Shown: in pieces, positions 9,690 to 18,969 of the stretch | Layout: the number at the start of each line of letters is the position of its first letter | Position numbering within the stretch: the first letter of the stretch is position 1 | Source: a virus | Taxonomy: Duplodnaviria > Caudoviricetes | Length of the DNA stretch: 64,000 nucleotides | IMG/VR virus record: IMGVR_UViG_3300031813_000016 | Coordinates: 2,338 to 66,337 of that record | Reading direction: 5' to 3' (one strand) | The notes under the pieces: model-generated | What the model was told of the DNA's origin: nothing | Database searches by the model: none | What the model saw: the letters and a program-made list of their open reading frames with translations, nothing else | Program-made: the position numbers and the translations under genes

Positions 9690-10040
9690 ATGTTTTATTA
9701 CATTTTTACAGTAGGTGTTAATGATATTCATTCAAAAAATCCAGGAGAATTATATTTAGATAACTTTTTTGAGTATACAAATGATACTGTAGATATATGT
9801 TTAGAAGCAAAATCTGTATTTGAAAATGAATTAATAAAAACTACACAAGATGAACTATTTAAATCTTTTGATATTAAAAAGATAATAAATGCTTTTCAAA
9901 TGATTAAACTTAGATCAGGTATTCAGAATACAATTATTTGTAAATGTAAATGTGAATATCAAATTGAAAGGGAGGTGTTAGAAACTCTAGTTAAATATTC
10001 AACTAAAGATGAGATTAAGAAATACCAAATTAAAATGTAA
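9690..10040 (+). CDS. Hypothetical protein
   Basis: 116-aa ORF with GGAGG RBS; first gene of the plus-strand island. Confidence 0.7.
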   Translation: MFYYIFTVGVNDIHSKNPGELYLDNFFEYTNDTVDICLEAKSVFENELIKTTQDELFKSFDIKKIINAFQMIKLRSGIQNTIICKCKCEYQIEREVLETLVKYSTKDEIKKYQIKM

Positions 10041-10065
10041 TTAAATTAAAAAGGAGAGAATTGTT

Positions 10066-10983
10066 ATGACAAGATTACTAAAGGATTTTATTTTATCTAA
10101 AATTGAAGATCACATTGGTAATAATTACATTTTTCAAATTCCTGTTATATACAAAGGTTTACCAGAAGATATATTAACATATGGCACATTAGTTGCAATT
10201 AAAACCATAGATAAAAATGTAACAGATTTATCTGGGCAGCATACTACAAGTTATTGGAGATGTAGTAATTCCACTAAAGCTATTAAACCAAATCTTACCC
10301 AAAAAGAAATTGGAGAAATAATACTATCTCATTTGGAAAAAAATGGAAATGTAATACCTACCAAATGGATAGAAGATATGAAGATTACATCTGGAATTAA
10401 AGGCATAGAAAAATTAGTAGAATTAAAAAGCTCTTTACCTATACAAAAAACAGATCCAATTCCAGCTAAAGATGAAACAAAAATGATAAAAGAATTTAGA
10501 AATAGATTAACTGGAAATGTTGAAGAATTTGATACAGGATATGTTTTTAATGCGTATCATGTTTGGTATAATAAAGGTGGATTTTTTATTAAAATTATAA
10601 TTCATTGCCATAGTTGTAAAAAAGAAATATATGGTATAAGACGTATTTATAGAGTAAATGGGAAATTCAGTTCGCCTCAAAAATTTGAACCAAATGATCC
10701 ATTAGTAGTACTAGTTAAAAAGAATTCAAGAAAATGGATTTGCCAATGTTCAAAAATAACTCATCCTGAACCAATTCAACAAGTTCCAAAAGAAGTTGAG
10801 AAATATACAATGTCTGAAATATCTGAAATAATTGTAGAATCAAGAGGATTTCAAAACTTAGAAAAATATGTAGAAGATATGTTTTATCCTGATTCTTCGT
10901 TTTCAGCTGAACATTCAAGAGCATCATATTATTTATTTAGAGCGTTTAAAAAAGTATTATCAGAAATTGGAGTGTTACAATAA
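10066..10983 (+). CDS. Hypothetical protein (HCHSC and ICQC Cys motifs)
   Basis: 305-aa ORF with AAGGAG RBS. Confidence 0.7.
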   Translation: MTRLLKDFILSKIEDHIGNNYIFQIPVIYKGLPEDILTYGTLVAIKTIDKNVTDLSGQHTTSYWRCSNSTKAIKPNLTQKEIGEIILSHLEKNGNVIPTKWIEDMKITSGIKGIEKLVELKSSLPIQKTDPIPAKDETKMIKEFRNRLTGNVEEFDTGYVFNAYHVWYNKGGFFIKIIIHCHSCKKEIYGIRRIYRVNGKFSSPQKFEPNDPLVVLVKKNSRKWICQCSKITHPEPIQQVPKEVEKYTMSEISEIIVESRGFQNLEKYVEDMFYPDSSFSAEHSRASYYLFRAFKKVLSEIGVLQ

Positions 10984-11051
10984 GAAGTTAAACCTTAACC
11001 AATTCTATACATTCAAATGTATAGATAAAATCAAACAAAAAGGAGATTCAA

Positions 11052-11858
11052 ATGACTCAGAAAAAAGTGGAATTATTCATCATTGACCCGCAGGTAGGTT
11101 TTTGTCAGCCAGGTAAACCGTTATTTGTTCCTGGAGCTGATACAGATATGACTCGTCTTGCAACAATGGTAAAAAGAATTAAAAATGATTTAAATGATAT
11201 TCACGTTACATTAGATAGCCATCATTATTTCGATATTTCACACCCATCTTTCTGGGTGGACCAAGCAGGTAAAGAACCTGGTTGGTTTACTCCTTTATCT
11301 CTGGAAGATTTTCTTAATGGAAAACTTCGTCCTAAATTTCCTCAATTTTATGATGAAGTTAAAAATTATCTTCAAGCTTTGAAAGATAATAACAGATATA
11401 TGCATATTATTTGGCCTCCGCATTGTCTTATTGGCTCTGACGAACATGCAGTTATTCCTGATTTATATGAAGCAATTCATACATGGGAAATGGAATCTGA
11501 TGGAGCATTTATAAACTTTGTTACAAAAGGATCTAATTATTTAAGAGAACACTATTCTGGAGTTAAAGCTGAAGTTGAAGATCCTAAAGATCCCACAACC
11601 AAATTAAATACAAAACTAATTCAAACAATGGAACAAGCAGATGAAATTCCTGTAGGTGGGCAGGCTTCAACTCATTGTGTTGCAAATACAATGAGAGATG
11701 TTGTTAAAAACTTTAATAGTGCATTATCAAAATTTGTTATACTTGAAGATGCAATGAGTCCTGTTCCTGGTTTTGAAAAAGAAGCTGATCTTTTCTTTAG
11801 CGAAATGAAAGCTCTTGGTGTAAGGTTCTGTAAAACAACTGACTACAGTGTTTATTAA
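11052..11858 (+). CDS. pncA: Nicotinamidase/pyrazinamidase (isochorismatase-like cysteine hydrolase)
   Basis: IIDPQVGF (catalytic Asp), TLDSH..SH (metal ligands), WPPHC..G, KG..EHYS, GQASTHCV (catalytic Cys). Confidence 0.85.
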   Translation: MTQKKVELFIIDPQVGFCQPGKPLFVPGADTDMTRLATMVKRIKNDLNDIHVTLDSHHYFDISHPSFWVDQAGKEPGWFTPLSLEDFLNGKLRPKFPQFYDEVKNYLQALKDNNRYMHIIWPPHCLIGSDEHAVIPDLYEAIHTWEMESDGAFINFVTKGSNYLREHYSGVKAEVEDPKDPTTKLNTKLIQTMEQADEIPVGGQASTHCVANTMRDVVKNFNSALSKFVILEDAMSPVPGFEKEADLFFSEMKALGVRFCKTTDYSVY

Positions 11859-11907
11859 TATATCATAGTTTCTTATATATGATATTAATTATATATGAGG
11901 GAAAATT

Positions 11908-12294
11908 ATGGAGGTATTTAAAGCAGGACAAAAAGTTAAATTAAAAACAATTGAAGAAATAGAACTAATTTTAAAAGGAAAAATATATCCTGGAGCAAGA
12001 CAATATTGTGGTTCAAGTTTTGTAATATTTATACAATCAAGACCAGGATATTGGATTTTACAAAATTGTCCTTATGAATGGCCTACTGCAGTAATAGAAC
12101 CAATAGTTGAAGACCTACCAAATAAAACTAAAAAAGTTGATATGACATGGCACCCAGAAGTTAAATCTATGATGGACATTATAAAAAATGATTTAAAAGA
12201 ACTTGGTTTTATTAATAATGAACCTGGAAGATATCATACATACGATGGACCAAGATTTGGTCATTACAGATTAAAAAAACATAAAGGAGATTAA
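11908..12294 (+). CDS. Hypothetical protein with SH3/KOW-like start (FKAGQKVKLK)
   Basis: 128-aa ORF inside the operon. Confidence 0.6.
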   Translation: MEVFKAGQKVKLKTIEEIELILKGKIYPGARQYCGSSFVIFIQSRPGYWILQNCPYEWPTAVIEPIVEDLPNKTKKVDMTWHPEVKSMMDIIKNDLKELGFINNEPGRYHTYDGPRFGHYRLKKHKGD

Positions 12295-12297
12295 CCA

Positions 12298-13053
12298 ATG
12301 CCTAAAATTCAATTGACTGACGAAACAATGATGATTAATACTGCTGCTGGTGTTGTGCAATATTCAGCAGTACATCCAGATCATCTTCAGGCAACCAAAT
12401 ATTGTCTGGCAACAATATGTGCTGATAATTCTTACAGTGTAAAACCTTTTAAAGATCTTCTTTTAACAGTTTACAAAGCTTCAGTGAATGCCTTAAAAGA
12501 AGATAAAGCTGTTGCAGCAAATATTTTAGTAAGAGCAACAACTTTTGAAGATAGTGATGTAACTGAAATTCATGGTTTTAGAATGCTTAAAACCATTAAT
12601 CCAGATACAGATTATAAACCTTTTGGGTGCAATGGTTCAACTCCATTGTTAGATGCAACATTTGATTCATTAACTTCTACTCTTGATTATGCAAAAACAT
12701 TGACTGATCAGGACTATACTGTTAATGGAATCATTTTTGTTATTACTGATGGATGTGAAAATTCATCAAAAATGATAAAAGACGTTTTAAAGATCAAAGA
12801 ACAATTGTCTAAAATAAAAGCAGATACAATTGAATCATTAAAAATGATTTTAATTCAAGTGAATGTTAATGACCAATATGTAAAAACTATCCTGGATAAA
12901 TTTTCAAAAGATGCAGGTTTTGATGATGTAATTGATGCTGGCGCAGCTGACCATAAATCAATTGCAAGGATCATAGGATTTATTCATAAATCCACATCTT
13001 CAACAAGTCAAGTAATCGGAACAGGAAGCGCTTCTCAACCCATAGCATTTTAA
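12298..13053 (+). CDS. vWA domain protein (TerY/YegL-like)
   Basis: MIDAS-type ADNSYSV, GSTPLLDA, FVITDGCENSS. Confidence 0.85.
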   Translation: MPKIQLTDETMMINTAAGVVQYSAVHPDHLQATKYCLATICADNSYSVKPFKDLLLTVYKASVNALKEDKAVAANILVRATTFEDSDVTEIHGFRMLKTINPDTDYKPFGCNGSTPLLDATFDSLTSTLDYAKTLTDQDYTVNGIIFVITDGCENSSKMIKDVLKIKEQLSKIKADTIESLKMILIQVNVNDQYVKTILDKFSKDAGFDDVIDAGAADHKSIARIIGFIHKSTSSTSQVIGTGSASQPIAF

Positions 13054-13063
13054 AATACCACAA

Positions 13064-13093
13064 GGAGAGGGAATCTTCAATGGTTCCCTCTCC
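13064..13093 (+). promoter_or_regulatory. GC-rich intergenic hairpin without U-tract
   Basis: ggagagggaa / ttccctctcc perfect 10-bp stem between the vWA and PP2C genes. Confidence 0.55.
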
Positions 13094-13106
13094 AAAGGAT
13101 AAATTT

Positions 13107-13970
13107 ATGATAAAAATTATTGAAGATTCTTTTTTCACAAGTGCTAAGAAACCTGAAAAGAATTGCCAAGATTATGTATTATCTGGTAATGACCCAATAC
13201 CTTATTTAATAGTCACTGATGGGTGTTCTGGGTCAAGATATACAGATGTAGGTGCTAGAATCATTGCACATAATGCTAAAAAATTTATTGAAAAAATTTT
13301 TAATAGAACTGATTTAGATCTTTTTGAGAATACCAAATTGACCCAAATGTTTTATGAAAATCTTGGTAACACTGTTATATTTAATTCAAAAAAAGCAACT
13401 GATAATATTCCAATTGAATGTTTAGATTCAACTTTAATTGTTGCTTTTGTTTATAATGATAAAGTTCATGTATTTATGTATGGTGATGGTGCAATTATAT
13501 ACCAATCTAATACTAAAGGATTAAATTCAATTATACCTGAATTTGAAGGTAATGCTCCTTATTATCTTTCTTATAAATGTAATATTAAAGCTGAAGCATT
13601 AATGGAAAGATTTGCCTCAACTTTTGAAGGTAGTAAAACATTAAAATACAATCTTAATTGTTATGATGTTGATATTAAATATAGTACTCAATTATTTCCA
13701 TATAATAATCCAAACATTTTTTCATTTGATGTTTCAGATCTTTCAATGTTGATGATTACTTCTGATGGTATTCTTTCATTTACTGATAGATGTAATAATC
13801 CAATTGATTTGAGTGATATAATTAAATTATTTACAGATATTAAAAGTAAAAATGGAGAATTTGTTAAAAGAAGATGTAATAAAGTTTTATCGAATTTAAA
13901 AGACCAAGATATTTTAAATTATGATGATTTAGCAGTTGCTACATTTTTGTTTACAGAGTTTCAACTTTAA
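13107..13970 (+). CDS. PP2C-family phosphatase (YegK-like)
   Basis: NCQDY, VTDGCSGS, DSTL, YGDG, ITSDGI, YDDLAV motifs. Start moved from 13080 to ATG 13107 (AAAGGA RBS). Confidence 0.85.
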   Translation: MIKIIEDSFFTSAKKPEKNCQDYVLSGNDPIPYLIVTDGCSGSRYTDVGARIIAHNAKKFIEKIFNRTDLDLFENTKLTQMFYENLGNTVIFNSKKATDNIPIECLDSTLIVAFVYNDKVHVFMYGDGAIIYQSNTKGLNSIIPEFEGNAPYYLSYKCNIKAEALMERFASTFEGSKTLKYNLNCYDVDIKYSTQLFPYNNPNIFSFDVSDLSMLMITSDGILSFTDRCNNPIDLSDIIKLFTDIKSKNGEFVKRRCNKVLSNLKDQDILNYDDLAVATFLFTEFQL

Positions 13971-13982
13971 AGGAGAATTAAA

Positions 13983-14169
13983 ATGGGATACAATTTAAAT
14001 TCAATGGATAAAGCAACATTAGTTGAAGTTGTAAATAATATGTATAAGAAATTAAAAGAAAAAAGTAAATACAAGTTTTAAATGTGAAGAATTAAGAAAA
14101 ATATGTATTGAATTAAAGCATAAACATTTTTTAGATACACCTTATTCAAGTTTTTATAAAACCTTATAA
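13983..14169 (+). pseudogene. Frameshifted paralogue of 14184..14372
   Basis: Strong RBS and ATG. One extra A in the A6 run at 14059-14064; after correction it reads ..KCEELRKICIELKHKHFLDTPYSSF, matching ..KRKDLERLIVKLKNTYFKDIPYTKL. Confidence 0.65.
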
Positions 14170-14183
14170 AAAGGAGAAATTAA

Positions 14184-14372
14184 ATGTCTGGAGGCTTTAA
14201 AGAAATTAATAAAGAAGCATTGATTGAGATAATTAATCATGTATATAGCGTATTAAAAACTGGAGAAAAAGTTTCATATAAATGGAAAAGAAAAGATTTA
14301 GAAAGACTGATTGTTAAATTAAAAAATACATATTTTAAAGATATTCCATACACTAAATTATTAGAATTATAA
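14184..14372 (+). CDS. Small hypothetical protein (tandem paralogue)
   Basis: 62 aa, AAGGAG RBS. Confidence 0.75.
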   Translation: MSGGFKEINKEALIEIINHVYSVLKTGEKVSYKWKRKDLERLIVKLKNTYFKDIPYTKLLEL

Positions 14373-14384
14373 AGGAGGCTAACA

Positions 14385-16094
14385 ATGCCTAAAGTGATTA
14401 TACAAGGTAAACCAAATGTAATTAATTTACATGATACAAATGACTTTAAAGCTTTAGGTGGAGAAGCCAAAATATATGAAAAAAATGGAATTATATATAA
14501 GATATATTTAGATCAATCTAAAATGATTCCAATGTCTAAAATACAAGAACTATCAGTTTTAGATCGTGAAAACATAGTAAAACCAAAAGATATTATTTTA
14601 AATGAAAAAAGTAGTGTAATTGGGTTTACAATGGATTATGTTAAAGGTTTGCCTATTGTAGCTTTATTTACTAATGATTTTAGAAATGATAACAATATTA
14701 CTCCAGAATCTACTTTAAAACTTGTTGAAAAAATACAAGAAGAAGTTGAATTTATACATAGTAAAAGATGTTTGGTTGTAGATTTAAATGAAATGAATAT
14801 ATTAGCAGATGAAAAGACTTATGAAAATCCATATTTTATAGATGTAAATTCATATCAAACTCCAAGTTTCAAAGCAACAGCAATAGCTCCTGGTATACGT
14901 GATTGGAAAACTAATACTTATAATACAAATACTGATTGGTTCTCATTTGCAATATTAGCATGTGAATTATTTATTGGCATTCATCCGTTTGAAGGAAGAC
15001 ATAATAAATATGATTCTACTCAATTTAAAGAAAGAGTTGTAGACTGTATTTCAATATTTAATAAAGATACAAGAGTTCCCAAAGCTACAAGAGATTTTAG
15101 TTTAATTCCAACTGAATATCAAAATTGGTTTATAAAACTATTTGAAAAAGGAGAAAGAATTCCTCCACCTACAATGGCTGGGTTAATGAATGTAACTCAA
15201 GTTAAAATACAAGTAATTCATTCTACTAATAATTTTATAATTCAATTTTTCAAAGAATATGATTCAGATATATATAAATATTTTACTTTTAATGGTAAAT
15301 CTGTCTCAACTCTGAAACATAAATTATATTTTGATAGATCTGAATATAACATTACTAGTCATAAAATTGATGTAATTTTTACACCAAAAATGTTAACTCC
15401 AATTCTATCAAAAATAGAAAATGGATATTTAGTTTTAAAAGATTTAACTACAAATAGTATTATTTCAACAAATACATTCTGTACCGAAAAATTTGTAATC
15501 AATAATGTTTTATTCTCAAGATTTGAAGGACAAGTTACTGAATGGAATATAGATCATTTTGGTGGAAATTTAATTTGTTCTGTTTCAACTATTTGGGGTA
15601 TAATGCCTAAATCTAGTCAGATTTTTGAAGGAACTATTTATCAAAATATTTTAGGAAATTCTTATTTCTTAATACCAGTTCCCATTCAAGGCAGTTCTAC
15701 ATCTTGTTATACTAAAGAAATAAAAGAATTAAATAATTACAAAATTTTAAATGCAAAACATGAAAATGGTTGTTTAATTGTAGTAGCAGATGATTTAAAA
15801 AATCAAAATCAATTTTATAAGAAATTAATTATAAGATTTGATAAGAACTATGATAACTATGATATCCGAGTAATTGATGTAAAAACTACTTTAATAAATT
15901 TTACAGTTCTTGATAATGGAGTTTGTGTAACAATACATGAGGATGACTCATTAGAAGTCTTCCATGTAAATATTGGATCTAAATTTACCAAAATTGAAGA
16001 TCCTGATATTAGCTCCAATATGATCTTGACAAAAAGTGGAGTAACTGTTATGTTTCATGTTCAAAATAAGTTGTATACTTTGAAAATGAAGTAG
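14385..16094 (+). CDS. Ser/Thr protein kinase (YegI-like) with C-terminal extension
   Basis: LGGEAKIY, YKIY, VVDLNEMNIL catalytic loop, IDVNSYQ, TDWFSFAIL..ELF.GIHPFEG. Confidence 0.85.
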   Translation: MPKVIIQGKPNVINLHDTNDFKALGGEAKIYEKNGIIYKIYLDQSKMIPMSKIQELSVLDRENIVKPKDIILNEKSSVIGFTMDYVKGLPIVALFTNDFRNDNNITPESTLKLVEKIQEEVEFIHSKRCLVVDLNEMNILADEKTYENPYFIDVNSYQTPSFKATAIAPGIRDWKTNTYNTNTDWFSFAILACELFIGIHPFEGRHNKYDSTQFKERVVDCISIFNKDTRVPKATRDFSLIPTEYQNWFIKLFEKGERIPPPTMAGLMNVTQVKIQVIHSTNNFIIQFFKEYDSDIYKYFTFNGKSVSTLKHKLYFDRSEYNITSHKIDVIFTPKMLTPILSKIENGYLVLKDLTTNSIISTNTFCTEKFVINNVLFSRFEGQVTEWNIDHFGGNLICSVSTIWGIMPKSSQIFEGTIYQNILGNSYFLIPVPIQGSSTSCYTKEIKELNNYKILNAKHENGCLIVVADDLKNQNQFYKKLIIRFDKNYDNYDIRVIDVKTTLINFTVLDNGVCVTIHEDDSLEVFHVNIGSKFTKIEDPDISSNMILTKSGVTVMFHVQNKLYTLKMK

Positions 16095-16102
16095 GAGGCA
16101 CA

Positions 16103-16381
16103 ATGGGTGAATTTGATTCCATTAAACAATTTTCAGTTAGATATAAATATGAAAATCTAATAGACGAATTTATTATGTTTAGACATAACCTTTCTAAAAA
16201 AAGAGACTTGCATGAAAAATGTAAAGGTTGTGGACATACTCATTATGAAGATGTAGATGGTATTATGAAAATTACTTGTAAATATTTTCAAACACCCTTA
16301 GTTGTAAAATTTCCATGTTTCTTTAGAGAAAATGTAATGCAAATTAATGAAATCAAGGAGAATAAAGATGACGTTATTTGA
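16103..16381 (+). CDS. Hypothetical protein (CKGC, TC, PC motifs)
   Basis: 92-aa ORF with GGAGG RBS. Confidence 0.65.
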   Translation: MGEFDSIKQFSVRYKYENLIDEFIMFRHNLSKKRDLHEKCKGCGHTHYEDVDGIMKITCKYFQTPLVVKFPCFFRENVMQINEIKENKDDVI

Positions 16382-16799
16382 AAGAATTAATATTGATAGA
16401 AAACAATGTTTAAAAGATGCTGATGTTGGAACTAGGCAATTACTTGGAATGGTAATTGCAAAAGCAACTTTAGTAAATAAAGTTCCAGAAGATGAGGTAG
16501 TTACTTCTGCAATTAGAAATTTAATAAAAGGAGCAAAAGAATTAATTGGAATTTTAGAAGTTAATCATAGTCCAGATAAAGAAGCTTTAGAAAAAGCAAT
16601 ATGGGAAATTCAAGTTCTTGAAGAATATCTACCTAAACAATATGATGAAGACACACTTAGTAAATTAATTAATAGGTCAATTCATTTATTAGGAAATAAA
16701 GATATTAAATCAATTATGAAATACTTAAATGAAAACCATAATGGATTATTTGATCGAGGTATGGCTTCTAAAATAATCAAAGAACAATTATCAAAATAA
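16368..16799 (+). CDS. GatB/YqeY domain protein
   Basis: LFERI..DRKQ.LK, DEVV..AIR..IK, EIQVLEEYLPKQ.DE..L, IMK.L...G..D.GMASKIIK. Confidence 0.85.
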   Translation: MTLFERINIDRKQCLKDADVGTRQLLGMVIAKATLVNKVPEDEVVTSAIRNLIKGAKELIGILEVNHSPDKEALEKAIWEIQVLEEYLPKQYDEDTLSKLINRSIHLLGNKDIKSIMKYLNENHNGLFDRGMASKIIKEQLSK

Positions 16800-16809
16800 G
16801 GATTAAGTT

Positions 16810-17280
16810 ATGTCTAAAATAGAAAGATTTGCAGGTAAATATGATTTTCTATCTAACTTTCCGTATGCATTAGTTTATTTAGATGATATTGCATATGATT
16901 CAGTTGAAAAAGGTTATCAAGCAGCAAAAACCTTTAATTTAGATTGGAGAAAAAAGATACAAAATTGTAGTAGTTCATGTTCAGCTAAAAGAATTGGAAG
17001 TCAAATAACTAAAAATGGTTTATTAAGACCTGATTGGTATGATGTAAATAAATCAATAATGAAAGAATTACTAATACAAAAATATGCATATCCAGAATTA
17101 CAAGAAAAACTTTTATTAACTAGAGGAAGGATTTTAATAGAAGGAAATTATTGGCATGATAACTTTTGGGGAGATTGTTATTGTGAAAAATGTAAAAATA
17201 TAAAAGGAGAAAATAATTTAGGAATATTAACTATGGAGGTATGTGAATTTTATTATAATAAGTTACCAAGAATTAAGTAA
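16810..17280 (+). CDS. NADAR family protein (YbiA-like)
   Basis: FLSNF, YDSVEKGYQAAK, AKRIG, RPDW..V..MKELL..KY, L.EKLL.T, LIEGN.WHDNFWG, G.N.LG.L.MEV. Confidence 0.9.
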   Translation: MSKIERFAGKYDFLSNFPYALVYLDDIAYDSVEKGYQAAKTFNLDWRKKIQNCSSSCSAKRIGSQITKNGLLRPDWYDVNKSIMKELLIQKYAYPELQEKLLLTRGRILIEGNYWHDNFWGDCYCEKCKNIKGENNLGILTMEVCEFYYNKLPRIK

Positions 17281-17304
17281 AGTTTTTAGGTTTAAAACTA
17301 ATTA

Positions 17305-17318
17305 CTATATATTAATTA
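17305..17318 (+). promoter_or_regulatory. Early-type promoter motif (CTATATATTAATTA variant) with downstream hairpin at 17346-17371
   Basis: One TA shorter than the consensus; tttaaa upstream; actgaggttcaa/ttgaatctcagt stem before the RBS. Confidence 0.55.
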
Positions 17319-17415
17319 TTGAATATATTAAATCGGCCATATTAAACTGAGGTTCAAAATTGAATCTCAGTCATCTTTGTTTTAATTTTTAAACTTATAC
17401 AAAGGAGAATAAATT

Positions 17416-17735
17416 ATGTTATATGGAGATAAACAAAAAATACTAAAAAATTTATATGAATTGTGAGTAGTATTATGAAATTAGAAATTATAGAGGACGA
17501 TATTAAAAAGGCTAAACTCAAATTCTCTCCAACATATGCATTTTTAAAAGTTCCATTGAATAGTAAACAAGAAGATATTGATAGATTGGTAAATCTTTCT
17601 ATATTTATAATTCAATCAATTCCTGATGTTATGACTACTCTTATGGGAAGATTTTATACCAAGAAAGGTAAATATATTACACAACTTCATAATGATTCAT
17701 TGACATATTATAGTAAAGTTTTTGAGGAAGAATAA
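17416..17735 (+). pseudogene. Apparently frameshifted ORF (MLYGDKQKILKNLYEL / VSSIMKLEII...)
   Basis: The strong RBS and ATG at 17416 hit TGA after 16 codons. The 90-aa frame at 17463 lacks an RBS and would join with one added base near 17462. Confidence 0.5.
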
Positions 17736-17830
17736 GAAAAATATATTAAATGACTCTAAATTTGACTTTCAACGTTCTATTAATTAAACTATATACCCTA
17801 AGTTAAACAAATATAAAAGGAGGATTAAAA

Positions 17831-17995
17831 ATGAAATTAAGTGAAGTTGATAACTTGTTGTTAAATATGACTGCTGGTTTGTTACCTGAAGATTTATCAC
17901 AAGATGAATGTCAACTTCTAAAAGAAAAATATGGAGAACATTGGTTCACTGAGTTAGGATATTCTGTGGTTACCCATAAACTTCCTAAATTCTAA
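17831..17995 (+). CDS. Small hypothetical protein (54 aa)
   Basis: AGGAGG RBS; MKLSEVDNLLLNMTAGLLPEDL...; not in the ORF track. Confidence 0.65.
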   Translation: MKLSEVDNLLLNMTAGLLPEDLSQDECQLLKEKYGEHWFTELGYSVVTHKLPKF

Positions 17996-18007
17996 AGGAG
18001 AAATAAT

Positions 18008-18904
18008 ATGAACTTTGATGGGATTAAAAAATTATTTGAGTCTGTAGATTTGCCATTAAAAATTATGAGTGAACCTTTTGTAAGAGGTGCTGGTTCTAAT
18101 ATAGTCCAAATGGATATTGATAGAACTTTAAAAGGAGCTAGGAGAACTGAAGTTTTTCGTATTTACCCAGGTCATTCTGATAATCTTTTACAGGTTATGA
18201 ACACTGATAATAAAGTTCATCAATTAGTTCTCCATGTTAAAGAGCCAAAAAGAAAATTTTTTGAAGATATATCATATAGTACCGAAACATTCATAAAAAG
18301 AAAATATGGAGTAGTAAGCGAAAATACAATCTCAACATATCTAGCAATTAGAAATATAAAAACAATTGTAAAAATTGGAGGAATTTGGAAGATAGAAAGA
18401 GAAACTTCTGGAAGATCTATGCTTTATTTAATGGGTCTCGATGAAAGACAATTGTTCATTGCAAGATTACCAAAAACAATTACAACAGTTGCAGAAGCAC
18501 ATAAGTCATTAAAATCATCAGAGGTTACATTTGCAGAAGGAAGAGCTCCAGGTAAAACAATTCGCCAAGGAGAATGGTTTTTTGTTAATACAACCGATGA
18601 AGAACAAGATTATCTTAATAAAGCTATTAAAGACCATCAGTTAATTATTAAAGTTAAATTTCCCATCGGCCATAATCATATTCAAGTTAATAGTCATGTT
18701 GCAGATGAAGCATTAGTAGTTCCTGCTAAATTATTGGTTCACGGTTTTCCTATAAGACAGACTACTGATACTTTTGTCAGAGGTTCAGTAAGACATCGTG
18801 ACCATGATACTGTTAAAATGAGTAAATGGAGAAGAGTTATTCGTAATGATGAGCCTGAATCAGTTGGTGGAGTTACAAGAGATGGAATGAATTGGGTTGA
18901 TTAA
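18008..18904 (+). CDS. Phage-type hypothetical protein (RQGEWFF motif family)
   Basis: LMGLDERQLFIA, IRQGEWFFV, HVADE, VRGSVRHRDH..V....WRRV.RN.E. Confidence 0.6.
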   Translation: MNFDGIKKLFESVDLPLKIMSEPFVRGAGSNIVQMDIDRTLKGARRTEVFRIYPGHSDNLLQVMNTDNKVHQLVLHVKEPKRKFFEDISYSTETFIKRKYGVVSENTISTYLAIRNIKTIVKIGGIWKIERETSGRSMLYLMGLDERQLFIARLPKTITTVAEAHKSLKSSEVTFAEGRAPGKTIRQGEWFFVNTTDEEQDYLNKAIKDHQLIIKVKFPIGHNHIQVNSHVADEALVVPAKLLVHGFPIRQTTDTFVRGSVRHRDHDTVKMSKWRRVIRNDEPESVGGVTRDGMNWVD

Positions 18905-18969
18905 TTTTAAAAGGGAATGATAAAAATCTAGAATTTATCATTCCCTGTTTATTTAAAAGGAGAAAAAGA

